Source: an uncultured Clostridia bacterium (GTDB lineage: Bacteria; Bacillota; Clostridia; Christensenellales; UBA1242). Taken from it: DNA of 64,000 bases. Shown piece after piece: positions 29,368 to 40,300 of the stretch. Location: positions 1 through 64,000 of the forward strand of contig CALWPI010000001.1 in NCBI GenBank assembly GCA_944383385.1. The letters are read 5' to 3'. Every line of letters starts with the position of its first letter. Positions within the stretch are counted from its first letter, which is position 1. Made by a program: the position numbers and the translations under genes. The notes beneath the pieces were generated by a model. The model ran no database searches. It saw only the letters and a program-made list of their open reading frames with translations, and was not told the origin of the DNA.

Positions 29368-30106
29368 ACCAAAAACAGAAAAAGAAATTGAGATTATACG
29401 ACAAGCATGCCGTATAACAAAAGATACGCTAGACGAGATAGAAAAACATATCAAAGTCGGTGTTAGTACAAAAGAACTAGACAAAATTGCTCATGATTAT
29501 ATAATTAGTCGTGGTGCAAGACCATCGTGTCTAGGATATTGTGGATTTCCTGCAAGTATTTGTGCAAGTATCAATGATGAGATTGTGCATGGAATACCAA
29601 AAGCAAACAGGAGATTAAAAGATGGTGATATCATTAGTGTAGACTTGGTTGTTGAATACCATGGATACAATGGTGATGCTGCAAGGACATTTCTTGTAGG
29701 AAATGTAAGCGCAGAAGTAAGACAGTTGGTAGAAGTAACAAAACAAAGTTTCTTCGAAGGCATAAAGAATATCAAGGGTGGCTCTTTTGTAGGTGATATT
29801 TCACATCAAGTACAAACTTATGTGGAGAAACACGGATATTCGATAGTTAGAGAACTTGTAGGCCACGGTATTGGTAGAGAAATGCATGAAGACCCAGAAG
29901 TGCCAAATTTTGGAGCAATGGGGGCTGGACCAAAACTAAAATCTGGTATGACAATATGTGTAGAACCTATGGTAAACATGGGTGATAAACATGTAAAGTT
30001 TATGGCAGATGGCTGGACATGTTGTACTCGTGACGGTTTGCCTGCTGCCCATTATGAAAACACCATACTAATCAAAGATGATGGTGTAGAAATATTAACA
30101 ATGTGA
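29360..30106 (+). CDS. map: Methionine aminopeptidase type I
   Basis: IKPKTEKEIEIIRQACRIT is the MAP fold. The ATG at 29360 overlaps the adk stop. GTG at 29351 and TTG at 29357 are alternative starts. Confidence 0.9.
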   Translation: MIKPKTEKEIEIIRQACRITKDTLDEIEKHIKVGVSTKELDKIAHDYIISRGARPSCLGYCGFPASICASINDEIVHGIPKANRRLKDGDIISVDLVVEYHGYNGDAARTFLVGNVSAEVRQLVEVTKQSFFEGIKNIKGGSFVGDISHQVQTYVEKHGYSIVRELVGHGIGREMHEDPEVPNFGAMGAGPKLKSGMTICVEPMVNMGDKHVKFMADGWTCCTRDGLPAAHYENTILIKDDGVEILTM

Positions 30107-30112
30107 GAGATT

Positions 30113-30376
30113 ATGGAGTATAAAGCAGGTGATATTGTGATATCAGTAGCAGGTCATGATGCTGGTAGACACTATGTTGTGGTAAATAAAACTACGAGTA
30201 GGGTATTGCTTTGTGACGGACGATATAGTAAAATATCTCATAGTAAAGCAAAAAATCCAAAACATATTAGATTTGTGTATCATAACGAACAAATAGAAAA
30301 ATATATCGCAAACAATCAATTATATGATTGTCACATTAGAAATGCTTTATCTAATGTATCACATTTAGGAGGATAA
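30113..30376 (+). CDS. Small KOW-domain protein (L14E/L24-like), conserved between map and infA in Clostridia
   Basis: YKAGDIVISVAGHDAGRHYVVVNK is a KOW motif. Confidence 0.6.
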   Translation: MEYKAGDIVISVAGHDAGRHYVVVNKTTSRVLLCDGRYSKISHSKAKNPKHIRFVYHNEQIEKYIANNQLYDCHIRNALSNVSHLGG

Positions 30377-30379
30377 TCT

Positions 30380-30601
30380 GTGTCAAAACAAGATGTTATC
30401 GAAACAGAAGGCGAAGTCGTAGAAGTACTAAGAAATGCGAATTTCAAAGTCAAACTGACAAATGGGTTTGTTATTACTGCGTACATTAGTGGAAAATTGT
30501 ATATGAATAATATCAAAATTCTAGTAGGTGATGCAGTCAAAGTTGAAATGTCGCCCTATGATTTAACAAAAGGCCGTATTATATGGCGTATAAAAAAATA
30601 A
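30380..30601 (+). CDS. infA: Translation initiation factor IF-1
   Basis: GTG start after an [48 protein letters not shown] is canonical IF-1. Confidence 0.9.
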   Translation: MSKQDVIETEGEVVEVLRNANFKVKLTNGFVITAYISGKLYMNNIKILVGDAVKVEMSPYDLTKGRIIWRIKK

Positions 30602-30616
30602 AACAGGAGAGTAGAT

Positions 30617-30733
30617 ATGAAAGTTAGACCATCAGTAAAGAAAATGTGTGACAATTGCAAGATTGTCAAGAGAAACGGTACAGTTATGGTTATCTGTTCC
30701 AAATACCCTAAACACAAACAAAGACAAGGTTAG
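30617..30733 (+). CDS. rpmJ: 50S ribosomal protein L36 (zinc-binding C3H form); not in the ORF track (38 aa)
   Basis: [38 protein letters not shown], with a GGAGAG RBS. Confidence 0.9.
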   Translation: MKVRPSVKKMCDNCKIVKRNGTVMVICSKYPKHKQRQG

Positions 30734-30764
30734 TCATATTGCCTGTGGCTAATCATATTACATA

Positions 30765-30778
30765 TGTGCATATGCACA
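30765..30778. promoter_or_regulatory. Perfect 14-bp palindrome TGTGCATATGCACA in the rpmJ-rpsM spacer
   Basis: Read directly from the sequence. It lies within an unusually long 154-nt rpmJ-rpsM intergenic region. Confidence 0.5.
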
Positions 30779-30887
30779 ATTAAGTAAAAAATAATCACTT
30801 CTAGGGCGGCTGTGTGAGAAATCACATCCTAGTGAGTGTTTATATAAATACAATAATTAGTTAAAAAACTTTAATGGAGGAAAATCA

Positions 30888-31268
30888 ATGGCTCGTATTG
30901 CTGGTATAGATTTACCAAGAGAGAAAAGAGTAGAAATAGGACTAACCTATATCTATGGTATTGGAAGAGAAACTTCCAACAAAATTCTTGCAGCAACCAA
31001 AGTCAATCCTGACACTCGTGTCAAAGATTTGACAGAAGAAGAAATTAGTGCAATCTCTTCATATATTCAAAAGAATTGTGTTGTTGAGGGTGATTTGCAA
31101 AGAGAAGTTGCTCTAAATATCAAAAGACTACAAGAAATAGGCTGTTATAGAGGTGTTCGTCATCGTAAAAATTTGCCTGTTCGTGGTCAAAATACAAAGA
31201 GAAACGCAAGAACAAGAAAAGGTCCAAAGAAGACCGTTGCAAAATCTAAAAAAAATGCAAATAAATAA
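30888..31268 (+). CDS. rpsM: 30S ribosomal protein S13
   Basis: [26 protein letters not shown] is canonical S13. Confidence 0.95.
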   Translation: MARIAGIDLPREKRVEIGLTYIYGIGRETSNKILAATKVNPDTRVKDLTEEEISAISSYIQKNCVVEGDLQREVALNIKRLQEIGCYRGVRHRKNLPVRGQNTKRNARTRKGPKKTVAKSKKNANK

Positions 31269-31284
31269 TTGAAGGAGATAAAAC

Positions 31285-31680
31285 ATGGCTGTTCAAAAGA
31301 AAGCTACAACAAAAAAGAGAAAATCCACTCGTAGTTTGAATAAAGGTGAAGCTCATATCCACGCATCATTTAACAATACTATTGTCACCATCACTGACGA
31401 CGCAGGAAATACAGTTTCTTGGTCAAGTGCTGGTAGTCTTGGTTTGAGCGGTTCTAGAAAGAGCACTCCTTATGCAGCACAACAAGCAGCAGAAATTGCA
31501 GCAAAAAGTGCAGTAGAACAAGGACTAAAGAGTGTGGATGTTTATGTAAAAGGTCCAGGTAATGGCAGAGAAACTGCTATTCGTGCATTGCAAGCAGCTG
31601 GATTGCAGGTAACAATGATTAGTGATGTATCACCAATACCTCACAATGGTTGTCGCCCACCAAAACGTAGAAGAATATAA
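31285..31680 (+). CDS. rpsK: 30S ribosomal protein S11
   Basis: [18 protein letters not shown] is canonical S11. Confidence 0.95.
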   Translation: MAVQKKATTKKRKSTRSLNKGEAHIHASFNNTIVTITDDAGNTVSWSSAGSLGLSGSRKSTPYAAQQAAEIAAKSAVEQGLKSVDVYVKGPGNGRETAIRALQAAGLQVTMISDVSPIPHNGCRPPKRRRI

Positions 31681-31698
31681 TAAGGAGAAAAAAAGATA

Positions 31699-32319
31699 AT
31701 GGCAAAATATACAGGTGCAGATTGCAAATTGTGTCGTCGTGAAGGATGCAAATTGTTCCTAAAAGGCGAAAGATGTCTTTCAAAGAAATGTGCTATGGAA
31801 AGAAGAGCAGTTGCTCCAGGTGTCCACGGTGCAGCAAAGAAGAAAAATTCTGAATATGGTTTGCAATTGAGAGAAAAACAAAAGGTCAAAAGAGCCTATG
31901 GACTTCTTGAAAAACAATTCCACAAATATTATGTCGAAGCAAATCGTATGAAAGGTGTTGTCGGTGACAACATGCTATCATTGATTGAAAGAAGACTTGA
32001 CAACGTAGTATTCCGTATGGGTATTGGTTCTTCAAGAGCAGAATGTAGACAAATAGTCAATCACGGACATATCACTGTCAATGGCAAGAATGTAAACATT
32101 CCTTCTTACCAAGTAAAAGTTGGCGATGTTATTGCTATCAAAGAAAACAAGAAAAACAAAGAAATGTTCAAAGAACTCAAAGATGTCAAGGTTGTTATGC
32201 CTAAATGGTTAGAATTTGATGCAGAGAAATTGTCAGGCAAGATTATTGCTCTACCTCAAAGAGATGATATTGATATGAATATCCAAGAGCATCTCATTAT
32301 AGAGTTGTACTCAAAATAA
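31699..32319 (+). CDS. rpsD: 30S ribosomal protein S4 (located inside the alpha operon)
   Basis: MAKYTGADCKLCRREGCKLFLKGERCLSKKC is the S4 zinc-ribbon-type N-terminus. Confidence 0.95.
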   Translation: MAKYTGADCKLCRREGCKLFLKGERCLSKKCAMERRAVAPGVHGAAKKKNSEYGLQLREKQKVKRAYGLLEKQFHKYYVEANRMKGVVGDNMLSLIERRLDNVVFRMGIGSSRAECRQIVNHGHITVNGKNVNIPSYQVKVGDVIAIKENKKNKEMFKELKDVKVVMPKWLEFDAEKLSGKIIALPQRDDIDMNIQEHLIIELYSK

Positions 32320-32351
32320 TAAAATCCAATGTATAAGGAAGGAAATTTGGT

Positions 32352-33305
32352 ATGATGGAAATCGAAAAACCAAGAATTATTTGCGAAGAAGCCAACAATG
32401 GTTGTTTTGCAAGATTTGTTGTAGAACCATTAGACAGAGGTTTTGGTCTAACTATTGGCAACTGTTTGAGGAGAGTATTGTTATCTGCTCTACCAGGCGC
32501 TGCTGCTATTGGTATCAAAATCAGAGGTGTACAACATGAATTTAGTACAATCAAAGGAGTCGTAGAAGATGTCGTTGATATTGTTTTGAATATCAAGAGT
32601 CTTGCAATCAAGACAACAGATACTTCTAGTGACTTCAAAACTATTATTCGTATTAATAAATACGGTGCAGGCGAAGTGACTGCTGCTGACTTTGAACCAA
32701 ATGACCAAGTACAAATTATGAACCCAGATTTACATATTTGTACTCTTGATGAGGGTGCAAGTTTTGAAATGGAAGTTTACGTTGGTCGTGGTCGCGGATA
32801 TGTTCCAGCAGAAAATAACAAGAGTGAAAACGACCCTATTGGATACATTGCAGTAGACAGTATATTCACTCCTGTAAAAAAGGTAAATTACTTTGTTGAG
32901 AGTACTCGTGTTGGACAAAGTATCAATTATGACAAATTGACTATCGAAGTAGATACAAATGGCACGCTATCAAGCCGTGAAGTCATAAGTCTATCAGCAA
33001 AATTAGTACAAGACCATATGGGATTGTTTGTCGAACTTGTTGAGAACATGAGCAAAATGGAATTGCTTGTAAGTCGTGAAGAAGACAAACAAACAAAAGT
33101 ACTAGAAATGACGATTGATGATATGGATTTGTCAGTTAGAAGTTATAACTGCCTTAAAAGAGCAGGAATATTCACTATTGAAGATTTGATTAAAAAATCT
33201 GAAAGTGATTTAGCAAAAGTAAAGAATCTTGGTAAGACATCTCTTGCTGAGGTTGTGTCAAAACTCGAATCTTATGGATTGAGTTTGAGAAATGATGAAG
33301 AATAA
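32352..33305 (+). CDS. rpoA: DNA-directed RNA polymerase subunit alpha
   Basis: Canonical RpoA N-terminal domain and C-terminal domain (SVRSYNCLKRAGI). Confidence 0.95.
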   Translation: MMEIEKPRIICEEANNGCFARFVVEPLDRGFGLTIGNCLRRVLLSALPGAAAIGIKIRGVQHEFSTIKGVVEDVVDIVLNIKSLAIKTTDTSSDFKTIIRINKYGAGEVTAADFEPNDQVQIMNPDLHICTLDEGASFEMEVYVGRGRGYVPAENNKSENDPIGYIAVDSIFTPVKKVNYFVESTRVGQSINYDKLTIEVDTNGTLSSREVISLSAKLVQDHMGLFVELVENMSKMELLVSREEDKQTKVLEMTIDDMDLSVRSYNCLKRAGIFTIEDLIKKSESDLAKVKNLGKTSLAEVVSKLESYGLSLRNDEE

Positions 33306-33318
33306 GTAAGGAGTTATT

Positions 33319-33822
33319 ATGAAGAAGTTGAAAAGAGCAACAGACAAGAGATTAGCACTTGTTCGTGGACTAGCAACTAGCCTTCTATGGTACGGTGAGA
33401 TTGAAACTACAAAAGACAAAGCAAAAGCTGTTCAATCAGTTGCAGAAAAATTGTTGACAAAAGCAATTGCAACTCACAAAGATACCAAAAAGGTCACAAA
33501 GACTGTCGTTGATGACAAAGGCGTATCAGCACAAAAAGAAGTCATTGTTGACGGACCAAAGAAATTGGCTGCTAGACGTGCAATTATGGCTAAACTTTAT
33601 GATATCCAAGAAGTAAGAGCAAACAAAGAGAGCAAAGATGACTTTGTTGCACGTACAAAAGATATCAAACATCCATTGATTGAAAAAATATTCAATGAGT
33701 ATGCTCCAAAATATGAAAATAGAGCAAACGAACTTGGAATTGGTGGGGGATATACAAGAATATTGAACCTAGGACCAAGAAAAGGCGACAATGCTCAAAT
33801 GGTAAAAATTCAATTATTGTAG
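33319..33822 (+). CDS. rplQ: 50S ribosomal protein L17 with ~35-40-aa internal insertion (167 aa)
   Basis: The L17 termini ([11 protein letters not shown]... and [26 protein letters not shown]) flank a K/T/V-rich insert. Confidence 0.85.
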   Translation: MKKLKRATDKRLALVRGLATSLLWYGEIETTKDKAKAVQSVAEKLLTKAIATHKDTKKVTKTVVDDKGVSAQKEVIVDGPKKLAARRAIMAKLYDIQEVRANKESKDDFVARTKDIKHPLIEKIFNEYAPKYENRANELGIGGGYTRILNLGPRKGDNAQMVKIQLL

Positions 33823-33823
33823 A

Positions 33824-33856
33824 AAAAAATGCAGTTTTACTCTGCATTTTTTTATT
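33824..33856 (+). terminator. Rho-independent terminator ending the ribosomal superoperon
   Basis: atgcag ttttact ctgcat hairpin followed by T8. Confidence 0.7.
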
Positions 33857-33894
33857 TTGTAAAAAAGTACTAAATTTATATATTATTTACAAAA

Positions 33895-33924
33895 AATGCT
33901 TGTTACATTAATGCAACAAGCATT
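33895..33924. promoter_or_regulatory. 30-bp near-perfect palindrome AATGCTTGTTACATTAATGCAACAAGCATT (candidate operator)
   Basis: 28 of 30 positions are palindromic, with 10-bp perfect outer arms. It lies 29 nt upstream of the giant lipoprotein start and overlaps the expected -35 position of a TATACT -10 at 33936-33941. Confidence 0.55.
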
Positions 33925-33952
33925 ACTAATTTTTATACTACAAAGGACAAAT

Positions 33953-36900
33953 ATGATAAAAAGAGTTTTAGGTGTTGTTGTAACCTTAATCTTATCATTT
34001 TTCTTATTTGCTTGTGATGAAGTGAATAATGATGAAACGTTTTCATTATCTTTTGAAAATGACAATGTTATTGTAGACTTGAATACAAACTATGATTTAG
34101 ATGCTTTGAATAATATTATAATAAGTTCTGGTTATTCCAATTATATATTAAATTATAGCGTATCCAATACAAATATTGCTGAAATTATTGATAATACCTT
34201 TTATCCAAAAGCAGTCGGTAGAGTAGATGTCACAGTAAATTGCGATTTTCAAGGCGAAATGTACGAAGATATATGTCATGTAGAAATACAAGATAATTCA
34301 ATCAATAATTGTTACTTTGAACAAAAATCATTAGATGTAAATGTTTCTAACATGACAGTAGATGACACTATTTCAATATATAATCGATTTGTTATTGAAA
34401 GCGACAAAGACAAACACACAATACAAACGGTATATAAAAATGATAATGGTGAGTTTTTATATGATAATGATTATGTTTCATACAATTATGATACGGGTGA
34501 AATAAGGTTAATAAAAATTGATAAAAACATTACTCAAATTGAGATAGGTGTATATGTGTACACTTCTTTTGATGAACACGAATTTTATTCATTTGTGCTA
34601 AAATTTGAATATGATGTATATTCGACTATGTTGGGCGTTTCACATACGGAAATTCATAGTAAAATAAATGAGCCACAAACATTCAAGATTTTGTTTGATA
34701 AGGGAACAACAATGTTGCCAAGTATTAGTTTAGACGACAACATATCTTATAAACTACTTGAAACTGGTAATGATTATCAAACTTATGAAATCATATCTAG
34801 TATTAGTGGTGAATATACAATAAGTGTTGACATACCAAGTAAAAACAATCTAAAACAAACAATCAAATATTTTGTACAAGATAAGGCAATGCTCAATAAT
34901 TTGTCAATAAATTATAATGAAGCAATATTTACTAATCAAAAATATATTTTATCTTTTGACTCAAATATTGATTTGGATACATCTAAAATAACTATAAAAG
35001 ATTATTGGACATTTGATGACAACGCAATATCTAGTAACATTGGTACATTTGTGAGTAAGAATGATTTGTCATATTCATACTCAATAAGTTGTTCAAATGC
35101 AGGTAGTCATAAAATAGTTGTTGAATATTTGGATGAGTATGGAAACTATTCTAATGCTATATCATTAGAAATAGAATTTGAAGTTTATGAACTTGCGACA
35201 AACATCAATACACAAATTTATAATCAATCTAATACACTTGTAGACACGCAAGAAATTACTTTGACGCTAATTGATAACACAAGAGAAGAAAATATTGAAC
35301 TTGCAACAGCAGACAATCTAAACACAAGTTGTTATGTTGTTGCTCAAAGTGATGTTGCTCATCCTTTTGGAAATATTACTTATAGTCAAGTAGGGCAAAG
35401 TATTAGCGTAAGTAGTATTGACAACAAATATGTTGTAGAACCAATCAGTGTTGGGACAAGCACAATAACTTTTATGATAAACAATGTTGTTAAAACTATA
35501 ACAATCAATGTCGATATGAGCAAATATACAAATGTTCATCTTGACAAACAAGAATATGAATTATTACCAAATAGTTCACAAACAATAGTTGTGGAGTATT
35601 TACCACAATATGCCTATGACAAATCAAGTAGTATTTACATTGAAGATACATCAATTGCAGTTTTAGAAGAAAATATATTGCATTATGTATCAAGTGGTAA
35701 TACAAATATTATATTTGAAAATAGAGTAGTTGCTGCGATAAATTGTGTGGCAATTATTGATGATGTAGTATTTGACAAAGGTAATCAAAGTATTGAAGCA
35801 ATACCAGGTAAACAAATAGAGATAAATTGTAGATTTTTCTGTCAAGGCAATGCAGTTGTTGTGCCAATTGATATAGTGTCTAATGGGGTTGTAATAAGTA
35901 CGTCAAAATATCTTGATAACATTTTCCAATTGATATTCTATGTGTCCAGTCAAGAAACGTCTTATATCACATTAGTCAATAAAGATACAAATAGTGACAT
36001 AATCACAATAGATATTGTCACAAAACCCGAAATAATTACAAATCTTGATGTGACATATGAAGATGTGTTGATATATCAAGAAGGACTTATTTTTGAACCA
36101 CAAGTGACTGTTACTTCAAACTATGGCGTAGTCGACAGCAGTCGAGTTACAATGACGGAAAAGAACGGCAAATGCACAATAAATGATTTGCAAGCAAAGA
36201 TTGAAGATGTGGGCATTTATAACTTTGTGTTTACTATTGATGATTTTATAAAAGAAATTGAGATAATGGTCATTCCACAAGATATAGAACAAAATGCGAT
36301 TGTAAGAACAAGTGCAGAATTTGTGTATGCACTTGAAAATAATTTGCCAGTGTATCTAGCGAACGATATTATCTTGGACAACGAAAATGTGATAACTAGT
36401 TCATACTCAAACACTATTTCTAGTTTGGGTAGTACTCTATGTACTATTACATTAAATTCAACTCTTATTGAAACATTACAAAACGAAGCAAAGATAAGTA
36501 ATGTCAACATTTTGTTGCCAAATACTATTGATGTACAAGGGTATATAGCAAAAAACAATTTTGGTATAATTGAAAATATTAATATCACAAATGAAGCAGT
36601 CGACTTGTCAAATGACGCAACTCTAATTTGTTGTAACAACTATGGAACAATATCAGGAATTTCTACAAAACTTGATATACAAGCGTACAATTTTGATTTT
36701 GCAACTATTTGCTATATGAACCAAGGATTGATTAAAAAATGTACTTTGGACTTGAATATATCAGGCTCGTCCAATATTTCTGGTGTCACATATATGAGTG
36801 ACATTTCAAATAAGGAAATCTTCCCAACAATTGACGATATGGTTATTGATATTGTAATAAATTATAGTGGCAATGATTCCAATTATAGTGCATGTGGCAT

Positions 36901-37156
36901 ACTTTGTTCTGCTGGTGGGAGAGTGTCGAGTAGTACAAGCCACACAATATTGTCCAATATTACTTTGAATTTTTCCTACAATTCCAGCAATGTATCAAAT
37001 ATATATGTTGTAGCAAAGACAATGAGTTCTTCTCATGAAATGCACGATTGTAATATATTTGTAAATGAGAGAGATAATGTACTAAATATTATCCAAACAT
37101 TAAAATATTTGTCTTCTTCATATCAGACAGACAATAAACTTACATTTTTACAATAA
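33953..37156 (+). CDS. Large surface lipoprotein (1067 aa), Asn/Thr/Ser/Tyr/Ile-rich, Ig-like segments; function unknown
   Basis: The start MIKRVLGVVVTLILSFFLFACDE gives a signal peptide plus lipobox. The track start at 33896 lies inside the palindrome and lacks an RBS. A Big_2-like segment was noted. Confidence 0.6.
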   Translation: MIKRVLGVVVTLILSFFLFACDEVNNDETFSLSFENDNVIVDLNTNYDLDALNNIIISSGYSNYILNYSVSNTNIAEIIDNTFYPKAVGRVDVTVNCDFQGEMYEDICHVEIQDNSINNCYFEQKSLDVNVSNMTVDDTISIYNRFVIESDKDKHTIQTVYKNDNGEFLYDNDYVSYNYDTGEIRLIKIDKNITQIEIGVYVYTSFDEHEFYSFVLKFEYDVYSTMLGVSHTEIHSKINEPQTFKILFDKGTTMLPSISLDDNISYKLLETGNDYQTYEIISSISGEYTISVDIPSKNNLKQTIKYFVQDKAMLNNLSINYNEAIFTNQKYILSFDSNIDLDTSKITIKDYWTFDDNAISSNIGTFVSKNDLSYSYSISCSNAGSHKIVVEYLDEYGNYSNAISLEIEFEVYELATNINTQIYNQSNTLVDTQEITLTLIDNTREENIELATADNLNTSCYVVAQSDVAHPFGNITYSQVGQSISVSSIDNKYVVEPISVGTSTITFMINNVVKTITINVDMSKYTNVHLDKQEYELLPNSSQTIVVEYLPQYAYDKSSSIYIEDTSIAVLEENILHYVSSGNTNIIFENRVVAAINCVAIIDDVVFDKGNQSIEAIPGKQIEINCRFFCQGNAVVVPIDIVSNGVVISTSKYLDNIFQLIFYVSSQETSYITLVNKDTNSDIITIDIVTKPEIITNLDVTYEDVLIYQEGLIFEPQVTVTSNYGVVDSSRVTMTEKNGKCTINDLQAKIEDVGIYNFVFTIDDFIKEIEIMVIPQDIEQNAIVRTSAEFVYALENNLPVYLANDIILDNENVITSSYSNTISSLGSTLCTITLNSTLIETLQNEAKISNVNILLPNTIDVQGYIAKNNFGIIENINITNEAVDLSNDATLICCNNYGTISGISTKLDIQAYNFDFATICYMNQGLIKKCTLDLNISGSSNISGVTYMSDISNKEIFPTIDDMVIDIVINYSGNDSNYSACGILCSAGGRVSSSTSHTILSNITLNFSYNSSNVSNIYVVAKTMSSSHEMHDCNIFVNERDNVLNIIQTLKYLSSSYQTDNKLTFLQ

Positions 37157-37161
37157 TTATT

Positions 37162-37186
37162 AAAAGGTCTTATAGACCTTTTTTCT
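37162..37186 (+). terminator. Rho-independent terminator
   Basis: aaaggtct tat agaccttt hairpin followed by TTTT. Confidence 0.65.
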
Positions 37187-37232
37187 TGTCGCAAAACGTA
37201 AAAATATGTCGCAGTGGGTTCGCGCTATTTGT

Positions 37233-37261
37233 TTGACACAAAAAAATTATATATATATAAT
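37233..37261 (+). promoter_or_regulatory. Consensus sigma-A promoter TTGACA-17-TATAAT for the 2412-aa gene
   Basis: TTGACA at 37233-37238, a 17-nt spacer, and TATAAT at 37256-37261. The AGGAG RBS is at 37303 and the ATG at 37315. Confidence 0.55.
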
Positions 37262-37314
37262 TAAAATAGTTAATATTTGGTATACTACTTTTGTAGGCTC
37301 AAATAGGAGTAAAA

Positions 37315-40300
37315 ATGGGAAAAATTTTTAAGGTATTAGGATATGTCTTTTTAGGGTTATTCATACTCGCACTTGGAGTAGTTGGGTTTCTCTATTTTAG
37401 TGGGGCATTCAATGATAATAAGATTGAATTGGACACTATTGCTTTTGAAATTGACGCAGACAATATGGAAAACATTGAGTCAATGCTTATTGGTGGGCAA
37501 GAGACTTTGATTGTCACAGACGATATTCAAATGACGATAGGTTACACTCCATCAAATGCGACAAGCAAAACTATCAATTTGAGAGTAAAAGCAGGACAAG
37601 ATTTTATAAGTGTTCCAAGTCAAGTCATTGCAGGAGAACCATTTACTATACATATTGATAAAGAAAATGAAAATTATGGTGGAACAGTCATCATATCTGC
37701 CGCCGATGTTAAAGGACAAACAAAGGTAGACAAAGACTTGATATTTGTTGTTGACCGTCCAGTAGAAGATTTGACATTATTCAATTTTGCAAATGAGGTT
37801 GGTGTGAGTGATAGTGGACCAATAATTGCTTTTTCAAAAGAATTGTTGCCATTTCAATTAGAGAGCACACCACTCAATGCACTCAATCCAAACTTGGCAT
37901 CTAGTGAATTTGATACAAGCAAGTTTTTCAAAAATATCAAAGTTGAGTCACAAGACGCCTCAATAGTTGAAGTGGTAAAAAATGAAACAAATCCAACAGA
38001 AATAAATATTGCTAATAATAGTGTTTTACTCAATTATTATTTGCGTACTGTCAATAAAGGTACGGCAGATGTTGTCGCAACAATGTTCCCAACATATATA
38101 ATGGATGCTGACTATACTGCTACGAATTTTGAAAAATTTTTGGCAAGCGACCCACAATACATAATGTTTAGTACAATTGCAAACGATTGTGCAAAGTTTG
38201 TGACCAAATACAAAGATTATATTTTGAGTATTGAAGAACAAATTTATATGCCTTCTTTGGGTAAGTCAATGAATGGGGAAGAACTCATCAATGAATTGAC
38301 CAATAATGGAACGGTAGAAATATCTTTTACAACAGACAACCGTGGGGCAGACGTGTTCCAAGATGTATTACAATTTATGCAAATAAAAGCGCAATACAGT
38401 GTGTCCGTTGTCATGGGAGAAGTAGATTCTATTTCCGTTGACACAAATAGCATTGATTGGATACTACACAAAGATAATTCTGCACAACCATATACAATTG
38501 ATTCTTTGGTAAGCACTTTTGGACTGACTATCAATCCAGAAAATGACAATAATAACCTTGATTCATTGCTATCAAGCATCAAAATAAATGCATTACTTGT
38601 AGATACGACTAATCACACATTTACATTTGAAAATTATGAAGACGACGCAACACTACAATCAATTATTGATTTGTTAAATAATCCAGAAACAAATAGGTCA
38701 ACCGGTATTGAGGGAAGAAGTAGTTTGTTCCCAGACTTTAAGGTAACTAATGACCCAGAAAATTATTTCATAGACGGATATATGCATTATGAAAAGGCTG
38801 AATTTGTAGGCAACCATAGTGAGATACTTACAAATGGCATCTTTGGTGTCAAAGAAGAAATGCGTGGAGAAGAAAAAGTGTGGGTCATGACCTCATACAA
38901 CCAAATTCCAGACGGAATGGAATTGTATTTACACTTCTCACTCGAAACAATAATGGCACATGAAGACCAAAATATCAATGTCATATATGAAACCATTGTT
39001 AAGGTAAATATATCTACCAATACTATTCCAGTTGATTCAAACATTTTGATACAAGGCTCAATACCTAGCGTACTTGTTACAAACGAAAGTGGTGTGTATT
39101 ATAATGGCGTTATGGCCTATAATACTTACTCATCCGACATAGATTATGCAACACTATCAACTAGCGAAGGTATATCCGAATTTTCATATACAACTATGAG
39201 ATATTTGGTCAAACAAAGCGAAGTCCAAAAAATTGAGACAAATGGAGAAACCCCTTGTATTGATGTAGTAAGAGACGGTCAAGGCAATATTGTTGCACAC
39301 AGATTGAGCGACGGCGAGATATATTATGAAGTAAACAATAGTCGTAATGGCGTCCTAAATTTGAGAGCAACAAACATTTCTCCATACGAAGTAGAACCAA
39401 GCAAAGTATATACAAATGCACATATATATTCTGTTATTATAAAAACTGACAGAGAAGGCAATCCAATCTATGAAGAAGACGGTTCGTATATTGTCATTGC
39501 TAAAAAGATGTCCAATGATACTTTTGTTGTTCGAAGTTTTATTGATAATTTGTATTATTATTCTGCCATCACAACACAAGAAGGACAAACAGACAAAACA
39601 ACTTATGTTTTGAGAAATTACAATATTCCAGGGGACAGATTGGTCAATTATCCAATGGGAACAGGTGATGACGTTACAAATGCACTTGTTTTACTAAATG
39701 ATACCACACATACTGCAACATTATTTGACAGCGACCAAAGTAGTGGTGACCTAAATTATGATGAGATTGTGGCATATGTTGAGGCAAATCAAGGTAGTGT
39801 AGTCATAACGATAGACAAAAACGTTAATCCTATCATTAATGAAGAAATGAATTTTATAGTTCTCAACTATATTATTGATTCTAATGGTAATATGTATTTG
39901 ACTGATGACAACATGAGAGAAACTGAGGTTGTCAAATATAAGAGTGCACTTGATGATGAATATCCATACCTTACATTCCAACCAGGTGTGGGAGAAGTCA
40001 GTCAAGAAGACATTGGTTCATATGTCCAAACAATTGTGTCAAAAGAAACAAGTGAAACGGGGAATATCAAATCATTTATCAGTCTAAAAGTCATTGCACT
40101 TCAAGACGACCAAATCGATATTAGATGTGTTGGCACAACAAATAATGTAGAAGATAGTTTGTTTATGTATCCATTCTATATTGATTATGACAAGAGTGAC
40201 ACTGCACAAAATCTATTTGGATTCCAACATGCGCAAGCAACAGAAGAAGAGTATTACACATATGCATATAGTGACAACTATGTCAGTGGAAATTTAGGCG

